Assembly (NCBI GenBank): GCA_964571235.1
Contig: CAZNAI010000004.1
Coordinates: 233,836 to 297,835, forward strand
Direction: 5' to 3'
Source of the DNA: an uncultured Ignavibacteriales bacterium
GTDB lineage: Bacteria; Zixibacteria; MSB-5A5; GN15; FEB-12
DNA length: 64,000 nucleotides
In this document: piece after piece, positions 29,165 through 39,111 of the stretch
How positions within the stretch are numbered: position 1 is the stretch's first letter
How the letters are laid out: each line of letters opens with the position of its first letter
Notes under the pieces: generated by a model
Told to the model about the DNA's origin: nothing
Databases searched by the model: none
The model's input: the letters and a program-made list of their open reading frames with translations, nothing else
Position numbers and translations under genes: made by a program

Positions 29165-30754
29165 ATGAAGAGTATCCGACGCCTTGCTGTCACTGCCACC
29201 GTTGCCGTTCTTGTTCTTGGGTATACCCCCGTCCGATCGGCTGACGAATCCCCCCTTCAAGTAGTCCAAACCTACCTTGACTATGTTGCCAGCGGCAACT
29301 ATGAGTCGGCCATCGAACTCTGGAGCCCGGCCTCGGCCGCCCGAGCCAATCGGTTCGGGATCGAATTCCCCGAGTCGCCGATCCGCGCCGATGCCGCCTC
29401 GCCACTGGTGCGCCATGCCAACGAATTGTCGGGATACAATGTTCAGCCGGTCCAGAGTTTGCAAACAGTCGGACTGGACGCCACCTTTGTCAAGATGCTC
29501 TTCTCCGCGACGAAAGAGAAAACTTCGCTCCAACAGTGGTACTTCACCCGACACGAGGCCGAATGGTACTGGCTTTGTTATCCGCAGGACGCCATCGCAA
29601 AAGACTGGCCGGTGCAGGAGAGCAGATATTTCCGATTGCATGTCCACCCCTCGGTCGCCGATTTTGTCAGTGCACCGGCAATGGCCCAGTTCGACCACTT
29701 TGTCGAAGCGGTCGCCGATACCCTCGGGCTGACCCGCGCCGATATTGCCCTGATCGCTGACAAAAAAATAGAATATTTCTACTGCAACGATGACTCCACA
29801 GTGCTGTCGATTACCGGACAGTTTACCAAAGGGGTGCTCGATCAGTCGTCCAACGACATCATTTCGTCGAGCTTCCCGCATCACCACGAAGTCGTCCACT
29901 TACTTACAAACATAAAGCTCAAATCGCTCCCCCTGTATACTCTGCCCGTTGTTCGCGAAGGACTCGCGGTTAGGTTCGGCGGACGATGGGGGAAAGGCCC
30001 GGCCGCGCTTTTGGACCTCGGCGCTTTCCTAATTAGAGACACGCTGGTCTCGATAGACTCAAGTCTGGCAGTGCCAAATTTTGAGAATTCGTCGGAGATG
30101 GATCTTTTGTATCCGGTCTCGGGAGTAGTAGTTTCATATTTGTGGGACAAGCTGGGTAAACAGAAATTCTGGAGTTTGTATAGCTCAATGTCCGGCCCGC
30201 AGGATGTTATCAGCCGGCTTTCGACCGCTGAGGTCGGGGCCCGATTGGCCACCGCTCTTTCTCGCAAGAGCTGGGACGAAGTCAAAACAGGTCTTTCGGC
30301 GTATATGGCGCAAAATGTTGCAGGTTGGACAACCTCGAGCGCGGGCTCTTCACCCAAAGGAAAGCTGATCTGGAATAACCCCACCGATAGCGTGGTCATA
30401 GATGGCGACTGGATTTGCTTCTCTGTCAAAGCCGATTCCGGTGTCCTGGTCAAGGAGAGTTTTCTTCTGTTCAGAGACTCTACTTTTGCCGGTCATAAAT
30501 CGCTGTTGTTCGACGAACACTTTATGGGAGCAGTGCCGTTTGAGGGATTTCGGTACGGAGTCCGGATCGATCAAAACGAAGCCGGTGTGTACGACTATGC
30601 CGGCAACAACCTGATCTCCAAGTTTATCCTCGGTATCAACGGTGTAGACAATTATTACAACCCGAAGACCAACCGGGTCACAATAAAATTCAAGAAAAGC
30701 CTGTTCGGACCTATCACTCCAGCGGCGGCCGACATGGTGGCGGTTCCGTACTAA
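29165..30754 (+). CDS. Secreted gluzincin (peptidase MA-like) metallopeptidase
   Basis: Signal peptide; HEVVH and downstream REGLA; promoter TTGTCC-N16-TACAAT overlaps ATG 29123, so ATG 29165 is preferred. Confidence 0.7.
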   Translation: MKSIRRLAVTATVAVLVLGYTPVRSADESPLQVVQTYLDYVASGNYESAIELWSPASAARANRFGIEFPESPIRADAASPLVRHANELSGYNVQPVQSLQTVGLDATFVKMLFSATKEKTSLQQWYFTRHEAEWYWLCYPQDAIAKDWPVQESRYFRLHVHPSVADFVSAPAMAQFDHFVEAVADTLGLTRADIALIADKKIEYFYCNDDSTVLSITGQFTKGVLDQSSNDIISSSFPHHHEVVHLLTNIKLKSLPLYTLPVVREGLAVRFGGRWGKGPAALLDLGAFLIRDTLVSIDSSLAVPNFENSSEMDLLYPVSGVVVSYLWDKLGKQKFWSLYSSMSGPQDVISRLSTAEVGARLATALSRKSWDEVKTGLSAYMAQNVAGWTTSSAGSSPKGKLIWNNPTDSVVIDGDWICFSVKADSGVLVKESFLLFRDSTFAGHKSLLFDEHFMGAVPFEGFRYGVRIDQNEAGVYDYAGNNLISKFILGINGVDNYYNPKTNRVTIKFKKSLFGPITPAAADMVAVPY

Positions 30755-30806
30755 CATTCCGCCGACACTACAGCATCATTTCCCCACTACTCAGGACGAG
30801 AAGTAC

Positions 30807-32219
30807 ATGGCTGACGGAGCAGTAAAACATCACGACTTAGACCTCATCGTTATCGGCTCAGGGCCGGCCGGTGAGAAAGCGGCCATCGAGGCCTCCAAGC
30901 TCCGCAAGAGCACCGCGATCATCGAGCGTCAATCGGTGCAGGGGGGAGTTTGCCTGCACACCGGAACTATCCCTTCAAAGACTCTTCGGGAAACCGTTCT
31001 CTATATCGCCGGTCTTCGTCAGCGCTCGGTCTACGGATTGGTCGGCGGCACCCGGCCCGGCGTTACGATTCGCGAACTGATGTATCGCAAGGACCAAGTC
31101 ATCCAGCAGGAACTCGACGTTATCTCGCAGAATATGGCAAGGCACCACATCGAAGTCATTCACGGCACCGGAATGATCGCCGATCCGCATACGGTAGTTG
31201 TGTCAGCCGACGATCAAAGCGCGAGAGTGCTCAAAGCCGAATCTATTATCATTTCCACCGGGACCCGCTCTTTTCGGCCGCCGAATATCAACTTCGATGG
31301 CACGCATATCTACGATTCCGAGACGATTCTCGATCTGGATGTTATCCCCCGGAGTTTGACCATTGTCGGCGGCGGCGTCATTGGCTGTGAATACGCCTCG
31401 ATCTTCTCGCACATCGGCGTGAAAGTGACGATTGTCGATGTCCGCAAGAAACTCCTGTCGTTTCTCGATCACGAAATTTCCGAGGCGCTCATGTACCTGA
31501 TGCGCAAGTATGGCACTAATCTGGTGCTTGGCGAATCGTGGGAGAGCATCACTCGCGAGGGGGATCAAGTCGTTACCGTAACGAAATCCGGCCGACGAAT
31601 CGTTTCCGACCGTCTCTTGTTCGCCGCCGGACGCTACGGCAACACCGAGAATCTCGGGCTTGAAGGACTGGGCGTTGAGACCGACGACCGCGGCTTAATC
31701 AAAGTGAATGAAAAGTACCAAACCGCTGTGCCGAATATTTTCGCCGTCGGCGATGTCATCGGGTTCCCCTCGCTTGCCTCAGTATCCATGGATCAGGGAC
31801 GGCTGGCGGCGATCCACGCATTTCAGCGGCCTGACATCGGTTGCCTCAATACCCTTCTTCCGTTCGGTATTTATACCATCCCCGAAGTGTCGCTTGTTGG
31901 AGAAACCGAGGAGTCGTTATCCGGCGCAGGGCAGGATTACGAGATCGGTATGGCTCGGTACTACGAATTGCCGCGCGGGCAGATAATCAACGACCACGAC
32001 GGCATGCTCAAGCTGATATTCGACCGTCAATCAAAGCGGATTTTAGGCGTGCACATCATTGGCGACAAAGCGACCGAACTTATACATATTGGTCAAGCGG
32101 TGATGACCCACGGCGGCACGCTGGATTATTTCGCCGACACGGTCTTCAATCACCCGACCCTTTCCGAGGCGTACAAAATCGCCGCCCTGGATGGTTTCGC
32201 GCGTCTCCAGGTGCACTGA
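30807..32219 (+). CDS. sthA: Soluble Si-specific NAD(P)+ transhydrogenase
   Basis: GSGPAGEKAA, GGVCLHTGTIPSKTLRE (single Cys), GGGVIGCEYAS, GIYTIPE, FNHPTLSEAYK. Confidence 0.92.
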   Translation: MADGAVKHHDLDLIVIGSGPAGEKAAIEASKLRKSTAIIERQSVQGGVCLHTGTIPSKTLRETVLYIAGLRQRSVYGLVGGTRPGVTIRELMYRKDQVIQQELDVISQNMARHHIEVIHGTGMIADPHTVVVSADDQSARVLKAESIIISTGTRSFRPPNINFDGTHIYDSETILDLDVIPRSLTIVGGGVIGCEYASIFSHIGVKVTIVDVRKKLLSFLDHEISEALMYLMRKYGTNLVLGESWESITREGDQVVTVTKSGRRIVSDRLLFAAGRYGNTENLGLEGLGVETDDRGLIKVNEKYQTAVPNIFAVGDVIGFPSLASVSMDQGRLAAIHAFQRPDIGCLNTLLPFGIYTIPEVSLVGETEESLSGAGQDYEIGMARYYELPRGQIINDHDGMLKLIFDRQSKRILGVHIIGDKATELIHIGQAVMTHGGTLDYFADTVFNHPTLSEAYKIAALDGFARLQVH

Positions 32220-32243
32220 CCGTTCGTCAGTTTCCACGCAAAT

Positions 32244-34262
32244 CTAACGATTCTTGAGAATCTCGATCCGGCGGATCGCCGGCTCTATGTCTGGATCATT
32301 CGCGGGGGCGTTCTGCACAAACCTGTTGTACTCATTTCGAGCCGAGTCAGATAGACCCTTCTGGTCGGCTATTCGCGCAAGTACTAAATGGGCCGACGGA
32401 CTATTCGGCTGGCGCCCCAGAACAACCCGGGCAAGCGAATCAAGCAGTTCGGTTTTCTTCAATCGAAATGAATAGAGGAGCAGATCGGCGGCAATGTCGT
32501 TGTCGGACGGGTATTGCCGGCCGACGATTTGCGCTAACTGAAATGCACTGTCGTCTCTATCAATTGCCCGATAATATTTGTACAGGCTGACTTGATGCGA
32601 TTTCACATCGGGATCGAGCCAGAGGCAGGTGTCGATTTGGAATTTCGCATCGGAGATCCGGCCTTGATTTAGCAGGACTGCCGCCAGTAAAGCGCGTGGC
32701 TCTGCCCAAAAGGGCTGGCGCCCCACCAATCGATACAACGACACAAGTGCGTCTTGTATCCGGTTGGTCGACACCAAATCGCTACACCCGCGCATATTCA
32801 AAAAGTCGGGCGACTTTACAGGTAACGACCATTCCCAGGCGTTGGCGCGGTCGAGTTGTTTGCGATAAAAATAGGCGTCGCGAAACGACAGGCCGGTGGT
32901 GCGATAGTAATGGTCGGTTTGCTCGGCGAATCCGGCGGCGAGAGGATCGGTCCAGTTGATCTTTGTAAATGTCGGGACCACCGAGAGCGGCGAGAGAACT
33001 GTGATCGCGGCGCATGTCAGATAGAATCGGGGCGTGACCTTCTTCATTTGCAGAACCCTCTGCAAACAGAACGCGATCGCTATGCCGATCGGGGCGAGAT
33101 AGGCGGTAAGACGAGGGAAGTCCAGCACAATTCCGTTGATCGGATCGAGCACGCGGATCAGAACTCGCCCACTAATCACCGCAATCATAATGGTGATCGC
33201 GAAGACCTTGTCGTTTTGGGTCTGCAGGCGCACGAATACCAACCAGAGAATCAAGAGCGCCAGCGGTACAGCGGCCAGAGTCACCTGCATATTGTCCATC
33301 ACCGCCGACGAAGAAAACAGAGTGTAGCTCACTAGCGGTAGCTTCCCACTCGGCATTATCAAATACTGCGCGAGACCGGGTGACGTAGCGGCGATCTTGA
33401 AGAGCCAAACAGCGCTCCCCAAAGCGAGCGTTCCGCCGACCGCACCGCCGATTTTCCAGTTACTTCTGCTTTTGAGCAACGACGCGACGGTCACGCATAT
33501 CCCTGGCGGAATGAGAAACACACTCTGGATGTGCATAACGCAGGCAACTGCGATCATTCCCCACAACGCCGCAAAGTTCAGAATTGTCCTGCGCGAGATG
33601 TATCGCCATGCGGCTACCGAAAACCAAATGGTCGAGGCGACAATCACCGGCTCGATCCCAATGTACCCGAGAAACATCAGGAACGGCCCGCCAAATACAA
33701 TTGTCGCCAGCGCGACGATATCGGTTTGCCGCGTACCGCCAATCAATCGAGCGAGGCGTACGGCTCCGAAAAGCGAAAGGAGAGAGAGTCCGAACGAAAA
33801 TACACGCCAGGCCCAGACACCAGCGGTGTTGCTTGCTACCCCCAACATTGAGAGCGCCTTGAAAAGCAGTGTGACGATTCCAATCGTTCCAAATTCATAC
33901 CAGTGGACAACGACATGTTCCGATTGCGCAATCTGCGCTATTCGCAGATTTCCACCTCCTGCAACAAACGAGTCAAAGTGAAAGAGTGCGATGAGAGCAA
34001 CAATCCCCACAATCGCTATTCCGGTCGCTTTTGGGCTCGCGACCGCTCGCAATATCACGGCGGAATTCTTCCAGATATACAAGATCAGCCCTGCTGAAAG
34101 GAAACCCCACAAAACGAGATACCAGATCGGCGTGTACTGCCACGCCTTAAGTACCCACAACTCATGCCATCCCACTAATCCGGCAACTTGTGTTCCGATT
34201 GCGGCCAGAGTCAGAGTGACTACAGCAATGACGGCAAACCTATTCGATTTCTCGCCTGCCAT
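32244..34262 (-). CDS. Polytopic membrane protein with C-terminal TPR repeats (possible GT-C-fold)
   Basis: About 11-12 hydrophobic segments then TPR-like helices; ATG 34262 avoids overlap with recR. Confidence 0.65.
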   Translation of the reverse strand: MAGEKSNRFAVIAVVTLTLAAIGTQVAGLVGWHELWVLKAWQYTPIWYLVLWGFLSAGLILYIWKNSAVILRAVASPKATGIAIVGIVALIALFHFDSFVAGGGNLRIAQIAQSEHVVVHWYEFGTIGIVTLLFKALSMLGVASNTAGVWAWRVFSFGLSLLSLFGAVRLARLIGGTRQTDIVALATIVFGGPFLMFLGYIGIEPVIVASTIWFSVAAWRYISRRTILNFAALWGMIAVACVMHIQSVFLIPPGICVTVASLLKSRSNWKIGGAVGGTLALGSAVWLFKIAATSPGLAQYLIMPSGKLPLVSYTLFSSSAVMDNMQVTLAAVPLALLILWLVFVRLQTQNDKVFAITIMIAVISGRVLIRVLDPINGIVLDFPRLTAYLAPIGIAIAFCLQRVLQMKKVTPRFYLTCAAITVLSPLSVVPTFTKINWTDPLAAGFAEQTDHYYRTTGLSFRDAYFYRKQLDRANAWEWSLPVKSPDFLNMRGCSDLVSTNRIQDALVSLYRLVGRQPFWAEPRALLAAVLLNQGRISDAKFQIDTCLWLDPDVKSHQVSLYKYYRAIDRDDSAFQLAQIVGRQYPSDNDIAADLLLYSFRLKKTELLDSLARVVLGRQPNSPSAHLVLARIADQKGLSDSARNEYNRFVQNAPANDPDIEPAIRRIEILKNR

Positions 34263-34272
34263 GACAGGTGTC

Positions 34273-34869
34273 CTAATATTCCTGTCGCCCTTCAAGGGCT
34301 CGCGTGAGTGTCACCGAATCGGCATATTCAAGATCGGAGCCAACCGGTAGCCCGCGCGCGATGCGCGTCACTTTCAGGCCGAGCGGTTTGAGAAGTCGCG
34401 ACAAGTACGACGCAGTCGCTTCCCCTTCGACATTGGGATTAGTCGCCAGAATAATTTCTGTCACTTCCGATTCGAGCCGATGCAATAGCTCCTTGATCTT
34501 CAGATCATCGGGGCCGATGCCATCAAGCGGCGACAGGCGTCCGCCGAGCACATGAAACAGGCCGTTAAATCCCTCGGCTTTTTCCAGCGCCGCGACATCC
34601 ATCGCCTGTTCGACCACACAAATCACATCGCGACGTCTTCGCGGATCGGTGCAGATATTACAGGGATCAGTTTCGGAGATATTGTTACAGACAGTGCAGA
34701 ATCCGACTTTCGATTTTACTTCAATAATCGTTTCGGCCAGTTCCACTGCTTCGTTCTTGGGCATCTTGAGGATATGAAATGCAAGCCGGGCGGCAGTTTT
34801 GCGACCGATCCCCGGAAGTTTGGCCAGCGAGTTGACCAGACGTTCGACTGTATTTGCAGAAGTAAACAC
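34273..34869 (-). CDS. recR: Recombination mediator RecR
   Basis: [14 protein letters not shown]4 zinc finger, Toprim [14 protein letters not shown]. Confidence 0.98.
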   Translation of the reverse strand: MFTSANTVERLVNSLAKLPGIGRKTAARLAFHILKMPKNEAVELAETIIEVKSKVGFCTVCNNISETDPCNICTDPRRRRDVICVVEQAMDVAALEKAEGFNGLFHVLGGRLSPLDGIGPDDLKIKELLHRLESEVTEIILATNPNVEGEATASYLSRLLKPLGLKVTRIARGLPVGSDLEYADSVTLTRALEGRQEY

Positions 34870-34875
34870 AATAAC

Positions 34876-35202
34876 CTAAAAGGGGAGACCCAGCCCCGGT
34901 ATATTCAGTCCGCCGGTGATCGCCGACATTTGCTCGGCTTGAATTGCTTGCGATTTTTCCTGTGCTTGTTTCACCGCCGCCAGCACCAGGTCCTGTAGCA
35001 TTTCGACATCGTCTTTGTTGACCACTTCGGGGTCGATCGTAATCCCGATAACTTCATTCTTGCCGTTGGCAACTACTTTGACCACGCCACCGCCGGCTGA
35101 TCCTTCAACTGTCATCTCTTCAAGCTGTTTCTGGATCTCAGCCATTTTCTGTTGCATCTGCTGAACCTGGCGCATCATATCGCCCAAGCCACCTTTACCC
35201 AT
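34876..35202 (-). CDS. ybaB: YbaB/EbfC nucleoid-associated protein
   Basis: GSAGGGVVKV, DVEMLQDLVLAA; canonical dnaX-ybaB-recR order. Confidence 0.96.
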   Translation of the reverse strand: MGKGGLGDMMRQVQQMQQKMAEIQKQLEEMTVEGSAGGGVVKVVANGKNEVIGITIDPEVVNKDDVEMLQDLVLAAVKQAQEKSQAIQAEQMSAITGGLNIPGLGLPF

Positions 35203-36907
35203 CGTTTTGCTCCTTTATTCCGGGTTGTCGAGACCCGCTGTCATGCTTTTTTACACCAATAATCTCACCATCGACCAAATCCATGAGCCTCTTCAGCCGA
35301 GGCGATTTGTCGACCAGTTGCCGTGCGTCGGTCGACGACACCGTGTTGGTCGCCTGCTCCGGACGAGCATAATCTTTTTCCATATCGACATCGAATCGCA
35401 CGGTCAGGCCGGCTCTAAAATGCTCCCGCAATGTAGTCAAAATCAAGTTCATATTATCCGGCTTGCCGACCAATTGCCGCGAAACCTCGCCCGATTTGAG
35501 GAAGACCAATTGAATCTGATTGTCATTCATCCCGCGCAATTCGGCCATCTTGACCTGCGAGGCCAGCATCTGGCTCTGACTCCGCAAATGCACCAGGTAG
35601 GTTTCCCATCCGGCCTTCACTTGCGCAAAATTAATCGTTCTCAGCGGAGCGAGTGGTTCGGGAGCTGGTTGATTGGCTACCGGTCGACCCGGCTGGAAAC
35701 TATCGTTTTTTTTTTGAGTCGAGTTGCCGAACAGCGATGGTTCACCCGATCCGGCGGTCGGCGCGACTTGAATATTTCCACTCTTAATAAGCGCGATGAC
35801 ATCTTCAAGGCGCACCGTCGATTCCATCTCGGCCATTTTCACCGCGGCAACATCCAGCACCAGCCGATGATCCAGCCCTGATTTGAGATCGGTGACAATT
35901 TCGCCAGCCATTCGCAATAGCCGTAAAAGATCACCCAGCTCAAAGTTCTCCGATTGCGTCTTGAACTCGGCGAATTCCGAACTGCTTAGTTGCACCAAAG
36001 TCTCTGCCCCCGGAGTCGAGCGGATAATCATCAGTACGCGCAGATGTTCGATCAATTCGGCGACAAAGTCAGCCGGATCGACACCTGAATCTACTACCTG
36101 GCGGATCAACTCAAGAGTCTTAGCTCTTTCGGAGGCGGCGATGGCGTCGACAAATGCCACCAGCAATTGCCGGTCAACCAGTCGCAACGCATTGACTACA
36201 TCGCCCGCCGAAATCGTATCCCCGCAGAATGCCGCGATCTGATCCAACAGCGAAAGCGCGTCGCGCACCCCTCCTTCGGCTTTGCGGGCGATCAAGGCCA
36301 GCGCGTCATCATCGATCTTGAGATTTTCCTTTTGCGCAATGTTTTTCAAATGCGCCGCCAGATCGCTGACCGATACACGACGGAAGTCATACCGCTGTGT
36401 TCGCGAAAGAATTGTCTCAGGCACCTTCAGCGGTTCGGTGGTCGCAAAAATAAACATGACATGCGCCGGCGGTTCTTCCAGCGTTTTCAATAGCGCGTCA
36501 AACGCCGAGCCCGACAAACGGTGAACTTCGTCGATTATGTAGATTCGCTTCTTACCGCGAGTCGGCAGGTACCGGACATTCTCGCGCAGAGCACGGATAT
36601 CATCCACACCGGTATTAGAGGCGGCGTCGACTTCAAGCACATCAAGCGAGGCTCCCGATGTGATTTCCTGGCAGGCCGGGCACTCGCCGCAGGGAGTCGG
36701 TGTCGGGCCGTTCTGGCAATTGACCGCTTTGGCCAAAATTCGCGCGACCGTCGTCTTGCCGGTCCCACGCGGGCCGCAAAAGAGGTACCCCGAGGCAATT
36801 CGGTCATTAGTCAACGCATTGCGCAACGTTCGCGTGACGTGCTCTTGCGCGACCACATCCTCGAATGTCTGCGGGCGGTACTTTCGGGCAAAAACGACAT
36901 AGCTCAT
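35195..36907 (-). CDS. dnaX: DNA polymerase III subunits gamma/tau
   Basis: MSYVVFARKYRPQTF, GPRGTGKTT, IDEVHRLS, FNA-like FDALLKTLEEPP, TILSRTQ. Confidence 0.98.
   Translation of the reverse strand: MSYVVFARKYRPQTFEDVVAQEHVTRTLRNALTNDRIASGYLFCGPRGTGKTTVARILAKAVNCQNGPTPTPCGECPACQEITSGASLDVLEVDAASNTGVDDIRALRENVRYLPTRGKKRIYIIDEVHRLSGSAFDALLKTLEEPPAHVMFIFATTEPLKVPETILSRTQRYDFRRVSVSDLAAHLKNIAQKENLKIDDDALALIARKAEGGVRDALSLLDQIAAFCGDTISAGDVVNALRLVDRQLLVAFVDAIAASERAKTLELIRQVVDSGVDPADFVAELIEHLRVLMIIRSTPGAETLVQLSSSEFAEFKTQSENFELGDLLRLLRMAGEIVTDLKSGLDHRLVLDVAAVKMAEMESTVRLEDVIALIKSGNIQVAPTAGSGEPSLFGNSTQKKNDSFQPGRPVANQPAPEPLAPLRTINFAQVKAGWETYLVHLRSQSQMLASQVKMAELRGMNDNQIQLVFLKSGEVSRQLVGKPDNMNLILTTLREHFRAGLTVRFDVDMEKDYARPEQATNTVSSTDARQLVDKSPRLKRLMDLVDGEIIGVKKHDSGSRQPGIKEQNDG
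35706..35715 (-). other. A10 slippery run in dnaX (candidate gamma-generating recoding site)
   Basis: CAA AAA AAA AAC at codons about 398-401; both shifted frames reach TAG within 2 or 9 codons. Confidence 0.6.
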
Positions 36908-37034
36908 GGCCCAACAATATAGAGTCAACCGGTCGCCGGCGGAATCATTATTTGGCAGGTACGGTCTTGACATTCACCCCCCATTTCGCGTCTGTAGGAA
37001 AGAGTACCAAAAGACCAGAGGATCCGCACACTAC

Positions 37035-37631
37035 ATGACCACAATCCCAAAACTCACGGCAAGGACTGCCCGGCGCCTGCCGTTATGGATTTTGTTGGTT
37101 CTGCTTTTCGGCATGCCCGTCGTCTGGGCGGGCGACTACGATCCCCACCCGGTCTCAAAAGGGAAATTCGGCGCTAAGATCGGCATCATGTACTCGTCCA
37201 AATTCCGCGTCGACGGTGTCTCCACCGACGCCGACCTGGGAATCTCGTTTGGCGTACTTCTCGATTTGCCGGTGGCACGTCGAGGGGTGTCGGGTATTTC
37301 GGCCGAACTCCACGATCTCCATATCTACAAGAAGCGAAAGAAAGTGCTCGACCTGTCGGTGCCGGTCAAATACCGATTTATCTTTGAGGACCGACGCTGG
37401 GAATTGCGGCCAATGGCCGCGGCGGGATTTGGGTATATGACCGAGGTCGACGAACTCGAACGAACCACGTTTCTCACACTGAAAGCGGGGCTGGAGGCAG
37501 TCTTTCATTCAACTACCCGGTATTCGATGATAATCGACGGTCTTGTTTTTGCCGCGCCGAGCGGGGGGAATGCCGACAATAGAGTGACTTTCGGCCCAAC
37601 CTTGCTTTTGCGCATCGGATTCATATATTGA
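37035..37631 (+). CDS. Small outer-membrane beta-barrel protein
   Basis: Signal peptide; alternating beta pattern FGAKIG..; C-term LRIGFIY. Confidence 0.75.
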   Translation: MTTIPKLTARTARRLPLWILLVLLFGMPVVWAGDYDPHPVSKGKFGAKIGIMYSSKFRVDGVSTDADLGISFGVLLDLPVARRGVSGISAELHDLHIYKKRKKVLDLSVPVKYRFIFEDRRWELRPMAAAGFGYMTEVDELERTTFLTLKAGLEAVFHSTTRYSMIIDGLVFAAPSGGNADNRVTFGPTLLLRIGFIY

Positions 37632-37650
37632 CAAAAACGTCTATATATGA

Positions 37651-38283
37651 ATGGAGGGAGTTGTGCGTCAGAGAAATTGGGGCTACCGCGCTCTAACTGC
37701 CTGCCTCGCTGTCTTGCTGTGGACTCCGGTATCTGCGGACCAACCGAAAGACCGCAAAATTAACTGGAAATCACCAAGCGGGGGGGGAGTTCACTCAAAA
37801 ATAGGAGCGAAGATAGGTGGCATAGGGTCGGGCTCAATATCTGTAAACGGTTTGCATGTAAGCGGAACGGTGCGAAGTTATAGTTGGGGTGTATATTTTG
37901 AAGAAAAAGGGCCACGGCGATTTCAATTCGGCCTGGCGTTTGATGTCCACGATTTTATGCTCGGTGAAAGCGCAACCCGGCGAAAAAACTTTCTCAATGC
38001 GTCTTTGGAGATCAAGTACAGGAAATCTCTACAGATCTCTCGTTTAGAATTACGACCGTGCGCCGGTGTAGGGGTCGGTTATCTTAAACCCACAGCACTC
38101 ACTGAGGACGCCTATTTCCTTACTTCCAAGCTCTTCGCAGAAGCAACCTATCATTGGTTTGGGCAACACGGGCTCACGATGGAAATAGGTTTGACAGTCT
38201 CGCCTATCGGCCGAAGTTCCAAGAGCCACCTTAGAATGAAGACTGGTCCGATGGCTGTCTACCGAGTGGGGGTGTTTTGGTAG
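37651..38283 (+). CDS. Small outer-membrane beta-barrel protein (paralogue of preceding ORF)
   Basis: Signal peptide; IGAKIG, ELRP.A..G.GY shared with upstream ORF; C-term YRVGVFW. Confidence 0.75.
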   Translation: MEGVVRQRNWGYRALTACLAVLLWTPVSADQPKDRKINWKSPSGGGVHSKIGAKIGGIGSGSISVNGLHVSGTVRSYSWGVYFEEKGPRRFQFGLAFDVHDFMLGESATRRKNFLNASLEIKYRKSLQISRLELRPCAGVGVGYLKPTALTEDAYFLTSKLFAEATYHWFGQHGLTMEIGLTVSPIGRSSKSHLRMKTGPMAVYRVGVFW

Positions 38284-38305
38284 GTTGATCGGAAGTAGAT
38301 TGTCC

Positions 38306-38334
38306 TTGTCTCTGGGGAGAACAAATGCTATTGT
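38306..38334 (+). promoter_or_regulatory. sigma70-type promoter for tRNA-Ala
   Basis: TTGTCT-N17-TATTGT with extended TG. Confidence 0.5.
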
Positions 38335-38389
38335 TTCAATCCGGTTGGTGCCCGATTTGCGGACTGATCGGCGCATGACAATGGAGTTT

Positions 38390-38462
38390 GGGGCAGTAGC
38401 TCAGCTGGGAGAGCGCTACGTTCGCAACGTAGAGGCCGTCGGTTCGATCCCGATCTGCTCCA
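38390..38462 (+). tRNA. tRNA-Ala(CGC), CCA not encoded
   Basis: GGGGCAG/CTGCTCC acceptor with G3-U70; anticodon arm CTACG-TTCGCAA-CGTAG; GGTTCGATCC. Confidence 0.96.
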
Positions 38463-38480
38463 TTTGATTTTGATACTTCA

Positions 38481-38501
38481 GCCCACCCGACGGGTGGGTT
38501 T
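38481..38501 (+). terminator. Hairpin/terminator after tRNA-Ala
   Basis: GCCCACCC-GAC-GGGTGGGT-TT. Confidence 0.55.
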
Positions 38502-38607
38502 GGTGTCTTTGGGAAGCGGGCAGGCAGGAAGCTTGCCGCGCACAAGAATTGGGAATGTATCTTCTGACGACGAACTCGATACACGTCAGAATCCGGCCTG
38601 GCACAGC

Positions 38608-38872
<265 letters not shown>

Positions 38873-38877
38873 TTTTG

Positions 38878-38910
38878 ACACCCCCTGCCAAACGGCGGGG
38901 GGTGTTTTTT
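38878..38910 (+). terminator. Intrinsic terminator after SRP RNA
   Basis: ACACCCCCTGCC-AAAC-GGCGGGGGGTGT-TTTTT. Confidence 0.88.
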
Positions 38911-38911
38911 G

Positions 38912-38939
38912 TTGATTTTTGGAATCCTCCGTGTACAAT
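38912..38939 (+). promoter_or_regulatory. sigma70-type promoter for small ORF
   Basis: TTGATT-N16-TACAAT. Confidence 0.5.
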
Positions 38940-38984
38940 TCGGTCAATGATATGGTATTTGTGAACTCAAGTGAGGGAGTAGAT

Positions 38985-39104
38985 ATGATTTCCAAAAGAC
39001 TGCAAACCGTGGCCGCGATGCCCTGCTGTCGCAAACCGATGACGACAGCCGCTAAGAAAAGCCCGAAGAAACCGGCCAAGCCGACTACGAAAAAGAAAAA
39101 GTAA
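38985..39104 (+). CDS. 39-aa Lys-rich basic small protein
   Basis: RBS GAGGGAG 5 nt upstream; MISKRLQTVAAMPCCRKPMTTAAKKSPKKPAKPTTKKKK; terminator directly after. Confidence 0.6.
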   Translation: MISKRLQTVAAMPCCRKPMTTAAKKSPKKPAKPTTKKKK

Positions 39105-39111
39105 ATCTTCC

